A stretch of 64,000 nt of DNA from Candidatus Amesbacteria bacterium RIFCSPLOWO2_01_FULL_49_25 (GCA_001773725.1 MEXP01000020.1:19526-83525); one strand, 5' to 3'; counted from the stretch's first letter, positions 1-11,870 are shown. A program made the numbers and translations. Notes: a model not told the origin generated them from the sequence alone.

Positions 1-697
1 TCTGCCGACAGTCCTGAGCTTGCCGAAGGACCGCCAACTTGGTTTATCAATCGATAAAAAGCCGTTTTTAACCCCGAATAACTAAACGCTCTTCCTTCCC
101 GCCCTGCCATCGGCAAGGGCAGTTTATATTTTTTTGGATCTCCTTGTGCCGCCAATTTTTCCAAAGCCGGCCCGCCGGGGTAGGGGAGTCCCAACATCCT
201 CGCCCCCTTATCCAGCGCTTCCCCAATGTCATCATCCAAACTTTGTGCCAGTATTTTATATTTTCCGATTTCATCAACTCTAATTATCTGTGTATGCCCT
301 CCCGAAACCACTAGCGCCATGCAGGGAAATCTCACCTCCGGCGTCAAGGAGCTCAAAATGTGACCTTCAATATGATTTATCCCAATCAGCGGCTTATGCC
401 ACTCTTGCGCTAACTTCTTCGCCCACTTGATACCAACTTCCAAGGCAATCGCCAACCCCGGTCCCACAGTCACGGCCACTGCGCCAATATTATCTTTCGT
501 CGATTTGGCATCTGCCAATGCTTGATTGATAATCGATTCAATCCTAGCTTCATGATCTCTCTTGGCCAAGGATGGCACAATTCCTCCCCACTGCGAATGT
601 ATCTCCTGAGTCCATTTAATGCTTGATAACACTTTCGTATCTTCCACTACAGCCGCAGCCGTCTCATCGCAACTCGTTTCAATAGCTAAAATTAGCA
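1..697 (-). CDS. tsaD: tRNA N6-adenosine threonylcarbamoyltransferase TsaD (Kae1/YgjD family), N-terminal part; C-terminus runs off the window start
   Basis: Manual translation of the minus strand from the ATG at 697: MLILAIETSCDETAAAVVED...GINHIEGHILS...ALVVSGGHTQ...FSYSGLKTA. This is the HxEGH metal motif and the overall TsaD signature. No stop before position 1, so the ORF is absent from the track because it is edge-truncated. Confidence 0.8.
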
Positions 698-760
698 TAA
701 TTTTATATATATGTAGCCAAAACGCGAATGCGATAAATAATTCCACATGATTTCATACAG

Positions 761-1198
761 CTAAATATTTTCATAACTTATCCTCCTCTCATTCTTTTTG
801 TGTCCATATTCAAATTTAACCCAAACAATCTTTCCTCTGCCTTTATATTTCAACACCGTTTCTTTTACCCGATCTGCCCATTCAATCACTGTCACGGAAT
901 CAAAGCCTAGCATTTTTTCAAATCCCAACTGTTCTAGTTCTCCTCCGCTCTCCATCCTCCAGCAATCAATGTGATGAAAATTGCCGTACGGTCGGTGCAG
1001 GACGAAAGTAGGGGAGACTATTTCATCTTTTACCCCCATAATTTTCGCCAACTCTTTTGTAAATGCGGTCTTCCCCGCCCCCATCGGTCCCTCCAGCGCA
1101 ATAATTCCCGGTTTCATTTGCCATATCTCTCTGGCTACTATACCCAGTTCCTTTTTAGAGCTTATTTGCCTTGTTATCATGCCTGCATTATAGTTCAC
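761..1198 (-). CDS. tsaE: tRNA threonylcarbamoyladenosine biosynthesis ATPase TsaE (YjeE)
   Basis: 145 aa with the P-loop GPMGAGKT and an SPTF motif. Adjacent to tsaD. Confidence 0.8.
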   Translation of the reverse strand: MNYNAGMITRQISSKKELGIVAREIWQMKPGIIALEGPMGAGKTAFTKELAKIMGVKDEIVSPTFVLHRPYGNFHHIDCWRMESGGELEQLGFEKMLGFDSVTVIEWADRVKETVLKYKGRGKIVWVKFEYGHKKNERRISYENI

Positions 1199-1201
1199 TT
1201 A

Positions 1202-1810
1202 GTGCCCAAATATCTTTCCCTCTCCCTTGTCTTCTCAGTCGTAGTCATCCTTGCCGCTTATCTTGTTGTCTCTCGTAAGCTGCCGCCTGCCGCCAACAAA
1301 GTACAGTCAGGTTGTTTTTACCAGCAGGTCCAATGCATCCGCGCCCCATGCGATCCGATTTTGGTCTGTCCAACTCCTCCATCGACCATAATCTGTGAAC
1401 CAAATAAAGAATACACTCAATCAGCAGTGGATTCACAAGTGTGCAGTTGCCCCCCCGGACTAATCCAGGATATAAAAAAAGTCGAATTTGGGCCTTGTCC
1501 CCAGCCTGGTATGCAAGATTGTCCACAAACTACTTTTGTGTGCCGACGGGAGAGCGTTCCTACTCCTTCTCCAACATGTACTCCCCGTCCGAAATGTCTG
1601 GACGAGAATCCCCGCTGTCTTATGCCCGAAACTCCGGACATGTGCCCTAAACCTACCACCTACAGCTCACCACCAGCAACCTATATCTGTCCCCCTGCCG
1701 GTTGGCTGGACTGTATGCCCGGCCCCGGTCCTGCCAAACCCCAATGTCAAAAGGACTATCTGGCTTGGATCCAATCCAACTGTCCGGACTTTCAAGGCGT
1801 CGCCTACTGA
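1202..1810 (+). CDS. hypothetical secreted or membrane-anchored Cys/Pro-rich protein; the GTG start is tentative
   Basis: It fills a 620-nt gap between the tsaE start and the vanW-like stop. There is one N-terminal hydrophobic helix (LSLSLVFSVVVILAAYLVV), then about 30 Cys in ~200 aa arranged in CP/CPP motifs. The N-terminal part of track ORF 971..1810 overlaps tsaE and is treated as spurious. Confidence 0.4.
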   Translation: MPKYLSLSLVFSVVVILAAYLVVSRKLPPAANKVQSGCFYQQVQCIRAPCDPILVCPTPPSTIICEPNKEYTQSAVDSQVCSCPPGLIQDIKKVEFGPCPQPGMQDCPQTTFVCRRESVPTPSPTCTPRPKCLDENPRCLMPETPDMCPKPTTYSSPPATYICPPAGWLDCMPGPGPAKPQCQKDYLAWIQSNCPDFQGVAY

Positions 1811-1818
1811 TTTTTAGG

Positions 1819-3480
1819 TTAATTCGTCTTGGTCCCTCTCAAATACACTGCTTGCCACGGCCGATAATTAGAATAAAAAGTCCTCTCTTGCAGCACCTCA
1901 TCTCCTCGTGTAACTTTCCAGTCAAAAGCCACTTTGGCCCCCCAAGCCGCGTGCTCGGTCTGAACGATCTTTCCCATAGGTAAAGTTGGATCGTCTTGGT
2001 ACAAATCTGGGGGTGGGGGAACCTGGTCCCAGATCCTAGACTTGGAAACCTCCACTTTCCGGCCGTCGCTTGTTCCATAAAGATTAAACACCAGGTGTTT
2101 GTTTTTCTCGTCAAACTCCGTCTGTATCAAAATATAAGCCGGGGTATCGTTAGTAAACTTAAAATCCGGGGCTGGTTGAAAAACCGTGGCGTCAAACCCC
2201 ACCTGATACTTTTCTTCATAATAATGCACCCGGTAAGCATGCGCAGTTCGCTCGGGGATTGGCAAACCGGCCGCCAACACCGCCCTAAACAGCGTACTCG
2301 ACACTTGGCATACCCCCCCTCCGTCTCCCAAGATAGTTTTTCCCTCCTTTATAATATACGCCTGTCTGTACCCCGTCGCCGCCGATATTTCCCCCACAGT
2401 CTTATTAAACGAAAACACCTCCCCGGGAGCCACCAGTATCCCATTGAGAGTTTCGGCAGATTTCTTCAAATTGTAAATCCTGTTAGTGATTGACCCCGAA
2501 AACCACGACTCGCCTCGACCTATCAGCTCCTTGATTCCCAAATTATTTACGTCTTCGTTGTCTACCTTTGGTGCAATCTCCTCGGCCGCCAGCTCCAATT
2601 CTGCCTGCAGCAGGTTCTCTCCTTCCAACAATTTCAATCCATTTACCACATCCCGGGTCGTTTTTTGTTCATCCACCACCCACCCCGGCTTGGCCGGCTT
2701 AAATTCTTCTACTCGGCCTGGACGAATGAATTTCAAAGCCGCATTTTGCGCCGGCCTGTTTACCAGCTGGGACAATCCCTTAACCCATTCCGAGATCAGG
2801 TTCTCTCTCCATCCCCCCGCCGGATCCATCCATGCTACCGCTTCCCCATCCGCAATCTCCCATTTTTGACCACCCTCTTTCATTTTCAGTATCACCTTTT
2901 TGTTCAAAATCAGCTCACTTCGCCTTCCCGCCTCATTGATTTGGCTTTCCGTCAGTTTAACCAGCATTGGTCGTACTGGTATTTCAATACTCGCAGCCTC
3001 AGCCAATTTAATATTCCTCAGCACTTTTTGTCTCAGGTCAACCGCATCCACTTCTCTTCCGTTTTCCCCCGGGTAAACCTTTATCTGCTTTTCCTCCCCC
3101 ACCTTTTCTATCACTACTTCGGGCTCTCTCGCCGGTATGTCTATTTCCATCCCGATCCCAGCAATCATGTTAATCAGCTTCTCTTCGTTCAAGTTAAATC
3201 TCAGTTCGGCCTGCTCTATGCTTGCGGGCAAGTCGTATTGCCATCCCACATCTTCCCGTCCCCATATCCACTCTCTCCCTTCCCAAACTAATTTTATAGA
3301 AGAGAATCCATCAACCTTTCTCCTCACCACTTCCACGGCCTCGTCAGGCTTCATCCTCCCCACCTCGACTCCTCCTATCTTCGTACCCTTGGGAAATCTG
3401 CCAAAGTCATAGGCATAATTTATTCCTCCAGCCAAAAATAGAACGCCTGCCGCAACGTAAACAATCTTTGGGATTCTCAT
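1819..3480 (-). CDS. VanW-family protein with an N-terminal peptidoglycan-binding-like region
   Basis: C-terminal VanW signature: GEVFSFN...GYRQAYII...GGGVCQVSSTLF...AHAYRVHYY. There is an N-terminal membrane anchor. Confidence 0.75.
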   Translation of the reverse strand: MRIPKIVYVAAGVLFLAGGINYAYDFGRFPKGTKIGGVEVGRMKPDEAVEVVRRKVDGFSSIKLVWEGREWIWGREDVGWQYDLPASIEQAELRFNLNEEKLINMIAGIGMEIDIPAREPEVVIEKVGEEKQIKVYPGENGREVDAVDLRQKVLRNIKLAEAASIEIPVRPMLVKLTESQINEAGRRSELILNKKVILKMKEGGQKWEIADGEAVAWMDPAGGWRENLISEWVKGLSQLVNRPAQNAALKFIRPGRVEEFKPAKPGWVVDEQKTTRDVVNGLKLLEGENLLQAELELAAEEIAPKVDNEDVNNLGIKELIGRGESWFSGSITNRIYNLKKSAETLNGILVAPGEVFSFNKTVGEISAATGYRQAYIIKEGKTILGDGGGVCQVSSTLFRAVLAAGLPIPERTAHAYRVHYYEEKYQVGFDATVFQPAPDFKFTNDTPAYILIQTEFDEKNKHLVFNLYGTSDGRKVEVSKSRIWDQVPPPPDLYQDDPTLPMGKIVQTEHAAWGAKVAFDWKVTRGDEVLQERTFYSNYRPWQAVYLRGTKTN

Positions 3481-3513
3481 TAGTGACTCTAGTGTAGTAT
3501 ACTCAAAACTGCT

Positions 3514-5064
3514 ATGGATCCAACCCCCACTTCCCCAGCTCCCCCCCCGCCTCCCACGCCTCCTCCACCTCCTACGCCCCCCAGCAATTACTATGCTTCA
3601 TCGTCTGATTCTGGAGTCACTGTCCCGCCTCCGCCTGCACCCCCCCCGCCGCCATCCTCGCCCCCACCTGCTTCTACCCCCGTCACTCCCTCCTTTTCAT
3701 CCAAGGCAATAAGAACCCGTCATTTTCCCATTATTCCTTTAATAATAATTTTAATCTTGCTGATATTAGGAGCCGTCGCCTTTTTTGTTCTCAAATCCGG
3801 GAAAAACTTATTCAACCTCACATCCACCAATATTACCTACTGGGGTTTGTGGGAGCCGGAGTCGGTAATGCAGCCATTGATTGATGAATATCAAAAATCC
3901 CATCCCGGCGTCAAAATTACTTATATCCAGCAGTCTCCCAAGGAATACCGGGATCGGTTGCAAAATTCCCTGGATCAAGGCAAGGGCCCGGATATCTTCC
4001 GCCTTCATAGTTCCTGGATACCCCTTCTCAAAAACCACCTCGCTCCCATTCCCGCCAGTGTCTATTCATCTCAGGACTTTGAATCCACCTTTTATCCTGT
4101 CATAGGCAGTGACGTCCGCGTAGGCAACAACTATTCGGCGATTCCCGTCGGATTTGATGGTCTGGCTATGTATGTAAACGATGATTTACTTCAAGCCTCC
4201 GGCCAATCTGTCCCCCAAAACTGGGACGATCTCCGTCTCGTCGCCCAAGCCATGACCCGGTGCGATTCTCCCGACGGTAAATGTACAGGCGCCTCGAAAA
4301 TCTTGGTTTCAGGAGCATCTCTCGGCACCGCCGACAACGTCGACCATTGGCAAGATGTTCTGTTGGTCTTAATGCTCCAAAACAACGTCAACCTCGGTTA
4401 TCCTACTGGCAAGTCTGCCCAAGACGCCTTAAATTACTACACAATTTTTGTTAAAAGCGACCATATGTGGGACTCCACCCTACCTAGTTCCACCTTCCAA
4501 TTCGCCGCCGGCAAGGTAGGCATCTACTTCGCCCCATCTTGGAGAGTTTTTGAGATCCAGCAAAAAAATCCCCAGCTCAAGTTTAGTATCCACCCCATAC
4601 CTCAGCTACCCATCGAACCCAGCCGCGGGGAGCAACCGATTACCTGGGCCAATTATTGGGTGGAAGGCATCAGCAAAAAAAGCCCCCGGGCCGCTCAGGC
4701 TTGGGAGTTTCTTAAATATTTAAGTTCCCCAGACGCTTTGCAAAAGTTTTACCAGCAAGCAGTCGCCTCCGGCCGGGCTTTCGGCGAACCCTACCCCAGA
4801 ATCGACATGGCTTCTTCCATTAAAGATGCCCCTTTAGTTGGCCCATACATCAATCAAGCTTCCCAGGCTCGATCTTGGTATCTAGCCTCCAGCACCCAAG
4901 ACTCCAATGAGAGTTTAAACTCAAAACTTTCCAAATATTTTGCCGACGCCGTTAACACCTCCCTTAAAGGCATTGCGGGTGAAAGTATTACCAACACCCT
5001 GGCCCAGGGCGTCAATCAGGTTCTCTCCCAATATGGCCTCGCCACTCCCGTCGCCCCTCGTTGA
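3514..5064 (+). CDS. TM-anchored extracellular solute-binding protein (ABC SBP family 1-like) with a Pro-rich N-terminal tail
   Basis: The low-complexity PPPPPTPPPPPTPP N-terminus is followed by one TM helix, then an SBP_bac_1-like fold (ITYWGLWEPE...GKGPDIFRLHSSW). No permease or ATPase genes are adjacent. Confidence 0.6.
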   Translation: MDPTPTSPAPPPPPTPPPPPTPPSNYYASSSDSGVTVPPPPAPPPPPSSPPPASTPVTPSFSSKAIRTRHFPIIPLIIILILLILGAVAFFVLKSGKNLFNLTSTNITYWGLWEPESVMQPLIDEYQKSHPGVKITYIQQSPKEYRDRLQNSLDQGKGPDIFRLHSSWIPLLKNHLAPIPASVYSSQDFESTFYPVIGSDVRVGNNYSAIPVGFDGLAMYVNDDLLQASGQSVPQNWDDLRLVAQAMTRCDSPDGKCTGASKILVSGASLGTADNVDHWQDVLLVLMLQNNVNLGYPTGKSAQDALNYYTIFVKSDHMWDSTLPSSTFQFAAGKVGIYFAPSWRVFEIQQKNPQLKFSIHPIPQLPIEPSRGEQPITWANYWVEGISKKSPRAAQAWEFLKYLSSPDALQKFYQQAVASGRAFGEPYPRIDMASSIKDAPLVGPYINQASQARSWYLASSTQDSNESLNSKLSKYFADAVNTSLKGIAGESITNTLAQGVNQVLSQYGLATPVAPR

Positions 5065-5857
5065 CACGCTGGCCTACTTCGCCAAATACAACTACCCTCT
5101 CACAGATGAAGAGCTCTGGTTCTGGCAGCACGGCACCCAGATTTCAAAAGCAGAGATAGCTAAAAGCTGCAAGCTAAAAGCTGTAAGCTCCCTCCGCAAA
5201 CAACGGAAACTTTTCAGCGAGCAAAAGTGGTTGATAGCCAAAAGAGTAGGGGAGAGATTGCAAAAAATTCTCTTTATAGAAGCCATTTTTGTTACCGGCG
5301 CCCTGGCCATGAACAACTGCCCCGCAGACGACGACATTGATATGATGATAATAACCGCCCCTCACACCCTCTGGCTCACCCGGATCTTGACACTCTACTC
5401 TCTCGGATCTCTCCGGCGCCGTTCAGGCCTGCCTCATACCCACCCTCTCGCTTCGAACAAAATCTGCGACAACCTCTACCTCGATCTCAACCACCTTTCC
5501 ATTCCCTACAAGCTAAAAGCTGACAGCTATCAGCTATACATGGCTCACGAAATTCTCCAAGCCAAATGCCTATTCGATCGCGGCGGGATACATTGCCTCT
5601 TCCTAGAATTCAACTCCTGGGCCAAATCCTATCTCCCTGTCGCATATCGCGAATCTCTCCGTCCCCTCCGATTTTCTCCTAAAAGCTACAAGTTAAAAGC
5701 TATAAACTATCTTCTCTGGCCTCTAAATCTGTTAGCGTTTGTGTTGCAATTTGCCTATATGAAACCCAAAATGACATCCGAAAAAGTCGGCCTTGGCTTT
5801 GCCTTCTTCCATCCTCACACTAAAACATCTCAATTCGAGAAACATTTCCGTTCATAG
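5033..5857 (+). CDS. hypothetical protein with a minimal nucleotidyltransferase (Pol-beta-like) motif
   Basis: The TGALAMNNCPADDDIDMMIIT motif fits a G..A...D.D NTase signature. It contains three copies of a YKLKA peptide repeat. The start is taken at the in-frame ATG at 5033, because the upstream part of the track ORF overlaps the SBP gene. Confidence 0.45.
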   Translation: MASPLPSPLVDTLAYFAKYNYPLTDEELWFWQHGTQISKAEIAKSCKLKAVSSLRKQRKLFSEQKWLIAKRVGERLQKILFIEAIFVTGALAMNNCPADDDIDMMIITAPHTLWLTRILTLYSLGSLRRRSGLPHTHPLASNKICDNLYLDLNHLSIPYKLKADSYQLYMAHEILQAKCLFDRGGIHCLFLEFNSWAKSYLPVAYRESLRPLRFSPKSYKLKAINYLLWPLNLLAFVLQFAYMKPKMTSEKVGLGFAFFHPHTKTSQFEKHFRS

Positions 5858-7025
5858 AATTTGCTAATATTTCTTCTTCCAAATTCATAGCTCTGGCTGT
5901 TTCCCACACTCGCCAAATTTGCGCCTGCCTCTCCAGCTCATTGATTAATATTTCGGCCCTCGTTTGTCCACTAGCTGACCGTCCGATTTGTTGCACCTTT
6001 AACCCATTTGCCCATTCAGACATAAACTTCGATCTAAATGGTACATGCTTAACCACTGGTGGAGCAAACCCTCGCAAAATACATATTGTCATAAAATCCG
6101 GAAAGTTAAATGCCCCGTGCTTTTCTAGGTACCAGATAGCCAATTGCCCCAACCTCTGGTGCATATCTTTGATGTACCACCTATATGTGCCGGGGGCTAT
6201 GTTGTCCCGGTCGCCTTCCCTCGCTCGAAATAGACATTTCATTTCCCAAATGGAATATACTCCCATGTCCTTTTGTAAAAACAAGTCATTGCTTGTTAGG
6301 TTTCCGTTCAAACTGGCCAAGTCGTTTGGTACTACCAGGCCGTCAAACTGGACGCTGTGGCCATCTGGGACAGAAAACGTCTTGTTGTATATGAACTGGT
6401 TTGACTTGTCATGTGGGACAGCTTTTGGGCTCAGATTGAGAGTCGGATTGACCAGCTCGGTTAGTAAAATTGCCGCCGCCTCTCCCAGGTATCTGATCCG
6501 TGGACTAATTTCCCCTCCCACCATTGGCAAGTTGTGAAATTTGCTCCACAACGCATTTTCTTCGTTCAATCCATACGCCGTATCCACGATTCTTAGACCG
6601 TGCCTCAGCCCATTATGCTCAGGCCCCGAGGCACTAAACGCATCCAGTGGTTTACCCATCATCTGGAACACTGCCGCACTTGCAAAATGTGCAGTCATTT
6701 TGGGATCAGTTGTTGTCCTCAGCTTTTTTCGCTCTTCTTTAATTTCTCGCAATGCCAACCTGGCAGCTTCGACAAGATGGTCACCTTCCTCCCCGAAGTC
6801 AATTTCTCTCATCCATCTTCTCAATACCCCGGTTTCACAAACCTTTCCCAAATTACCAGCAAATGTTAAATCCCCCATTTTTTCCTCCCTCCTGTCCACG
6901 GGAACGGTCCAAGAGTTTCGGAGAGGAACTCCTGAAATCATTCCGGAAAAATCATCAAATTCCTGTTTTGCCATTATCGTTTCGACCGATTCTAAACCCA
7001 CCCCATCTCGGGTACAAGCTCCCAA
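5820..7025 (-). CDS. conserved hypothetical protein, 401 aa, no recognisable domain
   Basis: Long intact ORF lying 7 nt downstream of the 449-aa ORF on the same strand. I could identify no motifs. Confidence 0.55.
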   Translation of the reverse strand: MGACTRDGVGLESVETIMAKQEFDDFSGMISGVPLRNSWTVPVDRREEKMGDLTFAGNLGKVCETGVLRRWMREIDFGEEGDHLVEAARLALREIKEERKKLRTTTDPKMTAHFASAAVFQMMGKPLDAFSASGPEHNGLRHGLRIVDTAYGLNEENALWSKFHNLPMVGGEISPRIRYLGEAAAILLTELVNPTLNLSPKAVPHDKSNQFIYNKTFSVPDGHSVQFDGLVVPNDLASLNGNLTSNDLFLQKDMGVYSIWEMKCLFRAREGDRDNIAPGTYRWYIKDMHQRLGQLAIWYLEKHGAFNFPDFMTICILRGFAPPVVKHVPFRSKFMSEWANGLKVQQIGRSASGQTRAEILINELERQAQIWRVWETARAMNLEEEILANSMNGNVSRIEMF

Positions 7026-7032
7026 ACTTACT

Positions 7033-8382
7033 TTAAAACGGAACCTCCTTTTCTTCGTCCGTCGTACTTCTCATTCCCTGCGAAAACCTCTCCTCGATAT
7101 ACTCTAGTCCCCCCTGAGAGCCTTCCCCAACCACCAAGGGAACTCCCAAATTAAGGGCCGTCATATTAGCCAACATCGGCTCCCTGACAATCACAATTTT
7201 TCTCCCCGAAATCTCCAAAGACTCCAATCTGGCAGTTGGGCCACTCGTTTGTCCCGAAGCCAACACAGCCTCTATCCTCGTCTCCCTTCTTCTCAGCCAG
7301 GTCGTTAACCCAGCCGCCTCCGCTCTCTGTTCGTCGGCAAATTTTCTCATCACCGCAGTTTGTTCCCGCGATGGTGTATCTAAATTATTGATTATTTCTC
7401 TAAACAAGTCTATGTTGGCAGTCAAAAATGCGCTTGTCATGACTCGCTCTTCAAATTCTATGGCCGCAGTAGGGGATAGTGGGAAGATGTGGTCTAATGT
7501 CCTTGCAATATCAGGTATCGCAATGCTTCTGTCTCTAGCCATTATTCCAAACATCTCTTCCCATGCGCTTCTGGATCCTACATAAACTTTCCCGGGAAAA
7601 CTAAAATTCAACAGCGCTACTAATTGGCTGAATGTGAGGTATTTCTCACCTGTCACAAGATCTAAATCCTCCTCCATATAAGCTGGCTTTCCCCGTCCCA
7701 TTATCTCGGAAAATATCGGCAAAGGCATGACATTTCTATCAAATATCACTTTTCCCAGACTATCCCTCTTTGTGATTTGATGTGGATCAGTCGGCCCGGG
7801 TGTTACTAAAGCATAATGATAACCACCCTCGTCACAATCTGGATCTAAGTTATCTCTGCCGCTCAGGTCCACCCACAAAATTACGCTTTGTTGCCTGGCC
7901 TCTGCGCTCCCTATCCCGAATGTTTTCCCTAAAAAGTCAAAATCTTTTCCAAACTGCCGGTTAGTTGATCTGTTCAACTCCACCAGAGAATTCGCCGCAA
8001 GTAGGTTGTCTGGCGAAACTAAAACTGGTTCAATCAATCTCATCTCAGCCTCTCTGTCAACATCACGCGGTGGCATGGGCTTTTCCCACCTTCTTACATT
8101 CCCTTTTCTCCAAAAATAACTTGGCCCTATCGCTTGTCTCTCCTCCGCCTCTTTTTCTACAATCTTCACGTAATCCTCTCTCCAGCTTAGTTTTGCTTCG
8201 GTTTGCCGAACTATGGCAATTCTCCTTTCCGGAAACCTTCCCTTCGCTCTCCACCTGACCGACGTGACATGGTTTTCAAAATGCGGCAGTACAAATTGCC
8301 CCGGCAAACCGCAATCCCACATCGCCGGCTTTTCTCTATCTACCATAGTCGCCAATATAATCCCAAACCCCCCTCTTGACAA
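7033..8382 (-). CDS. conserved hypothetical protein, 449 aa, no recognisable domain
   Basis: Long intact ORF, first gene of a two-gene operon with 5820..7025. No P-loop, Fe-S or other signature was seen. Confidence 0.55.
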   Translation of the reverse strand: MSRGGFGIILATMVDREKPAMWDCGLPGQFVLPHFENHVTSVRWRAKGRFPERRIAIVRQTEAKLSWREDYVKIVEKEAEERQAIGPSYFWRKGNVRRWEKPMPPRDVDREAEMRLIEPVLVSPDNLLAANSLVELNRSTNRQFGKDFDFLGKTFGIGSAEARQQSVILWVDLSGRDNLDPDCDEGGYHYALVTPGPTDPHQITKRDSLGKVIFDRNVMPLPIFSEIMGRGKPAYMEEDLDLVTGEKYLTFSQLVALLNFSFPGKVYVGSRSAWEEMFGIMARDRSIAIPDIARTLDHIFPLSPTAAIEFEERVMTSAFLTANIDLFREIINNLDTPSREQTAVMRKFADEQRAEAAGLTTWLRRRETRIEAVLASGQTSGPTARLESLEISGRKIVIVREPMLANMTALNLGVPLVVGEGSQGGLEYIEERFSQGMRSTTDEEKEVPF

Positions 8383-8417
8383 CCTAAAACCTAAATATTA
8401 AGGTAACTCCAACTTTC

Positions 8418-8747
8418 ATGGCCTTAGTTACAATAGAAAACGGACAGCTCGCGGTAATGACCTTACCCATCCTCAGATTTGAGCTTAAACCAGAAACCCA
8501 AGTTACACCGGGTCAAAAAATCGTCGTTGCCCGCCTCGACCGGCACGCCACTCAACCGCCATATATTTTTATCGAACGCCGCACCACTGATTATTCAGTA
8601 GCCACTCTCCCCATTACTCCCGAAACTCCGCCAATGCAAGTCAACGACATTTTCACCCAGCTCATCGCCGGCCAGCTCCTGCTCCAAACATCTATTGAGT
8701 TCCCAGGAACCACACTCAGATTTGAGGAAATGATAGTCACTTTCTAA
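8418..8747 (+). CDS. hypothetical small protein (109 aa)
   Basis: An ORF preceded by a TTGACA -35 element embedded in the same CCCTCTTGACAA 12-mer found at the groES promoter. Confidence 0.4.
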   Translation: MALVTIENGQLAVMTLPILRFELKPETQVTPGQKIVVARLDRHATQPPYIFIERRTTDYSVATLPITPETPPMQVNDIFTQLIAGQLLLQTSIEFPGTTLRFEEMIVTF

Positions 8748-8756
8748 TCTTCCCTC

Positions 8757-8796
8757 TTGACAAGAATTTAGGCTATCTGGTATATATTGCTAGCAA
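8757..8796 (+). promoter_or_regulatory. groES promoter: TTGACA-18-TATATA, overlapped by two palindromes (TCTTGACAAGA and TTGCTAGCAA)
   Basis: Consensus -35 at 8757-8762 and a -10-like TATATA at 8781-8786, about 14 nt before the groES ATG at 8800. An 11-bp palindrome covers the -35 and a 10-bp palindrome covers the -10/TSS. No CIRCE element is present. Confidence 0.5.
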
Positions 8797-8799
8797 ACT

Positions 8800-11200
<2,401 letters not shown>

Positions 11201-11245
11201 CTCTAGCCGATTATACCCCCCATTTGGAAGTGCTAAAATCCCCTC

Positions 11246-11578
11246 ATGGTCATTCTGCTCGCTTCTCTTGCAGACGAAATCTCCACCCAAAAGGCATCTG
11301 CAGATCTGGGCGGTTACGTCAAATTTGTAGTTGATCTTAAGCGTGGGGTTATGACCATCGGCGGCCTGCGTCATTTCGAGGGCGAACAGCTATTACTTCA
11401 AGACGGCAGTCACCAAGTTGACCTCTGGGGTGGGGGAGTCGACCTCGAGTCCCACGAAATTGATTATGAATCGATGATCAATATTCGTCCGCCAGTCAAT
11501 TCCAGTCGTGAAGCCCTCGATCCCGACATTCGAGCCCAAATGAGATCGATTGTCAACAAACTGTTTGTCAAAATATGA
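11246..11578 (+). CDS. hypothetical protein (110 aa)
   Basis: ORF translationally coupled (ATGA) to the next small ORF. Confidence 0.4.
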   Translation: MVILLASLADEISTQKASADLGGYVKFVVDLKRGVMTIGGLRHFEGEQLLLQDGSHQVDLWGGGVDLESHEIDYESMINIRPPVNSSREALDPDIRAQMRSIVNKLFVKI

Positions 11579-11853
11579 CTCCCCAAGACCTGGTTTTAAA
11601 TATCGCCGTCAACATGAGCCGCCTCGGCCGCTATTCTCACGGCCATCAACTTTCCCGTGTTTCCCAGTTTCTTGCCGACACCCAAAATTACCTCGACCAG
11701 CTCCAGAACTTTCATCCCCGCTTCCGCCCCACCTACGATCGCTTCTTAAAAGATTTTCTCTACCTCAAATCCACCCCGCCCGACTCATCCGATTGGTCCG
11801 ACACCGCCTTCACTTGGGCCAGCATCTTAACCCACCGCGCCAAATTTGCCTAA
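11575..11853 (+). CDS. hypothetical protein (92 aa)
   Basis: ORF starting at an ATGA overlap with the previous gene, ending 17 nt before the DHH phosphoesterase ATG. Confidence 0.4.
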   Translation: MTPQDLVLNIAVNMSRLGRYSHGHQLSRVSQFLADTQNYLDQLQNFHPRFRPTYDRFLKDFLYLKSTPPDSSDWSDTAFTWASILTHRAKFA

Positions 11854-11870
11854 ATGCTAAAATTTTCTCC

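Noticed and set aside
68-277. 69-aa ORF on the minus strand
   Set aside because: It is an alternative frame inside the tsaD coding region. The tsaD frame is continuous and conserved across this interval.
971-1198. N-terminal 76 codons of track ORF 971..1810, and similarly 4940..5032, 11550..11870, 28551..28694, 36029..36214 and 45639..45860
   Set aside because: These N-terminal extensions overlap well-supported genes on the same or opposite strand, and conserved domain starts lie downstream. Each ORF was trimmed to an internal start.
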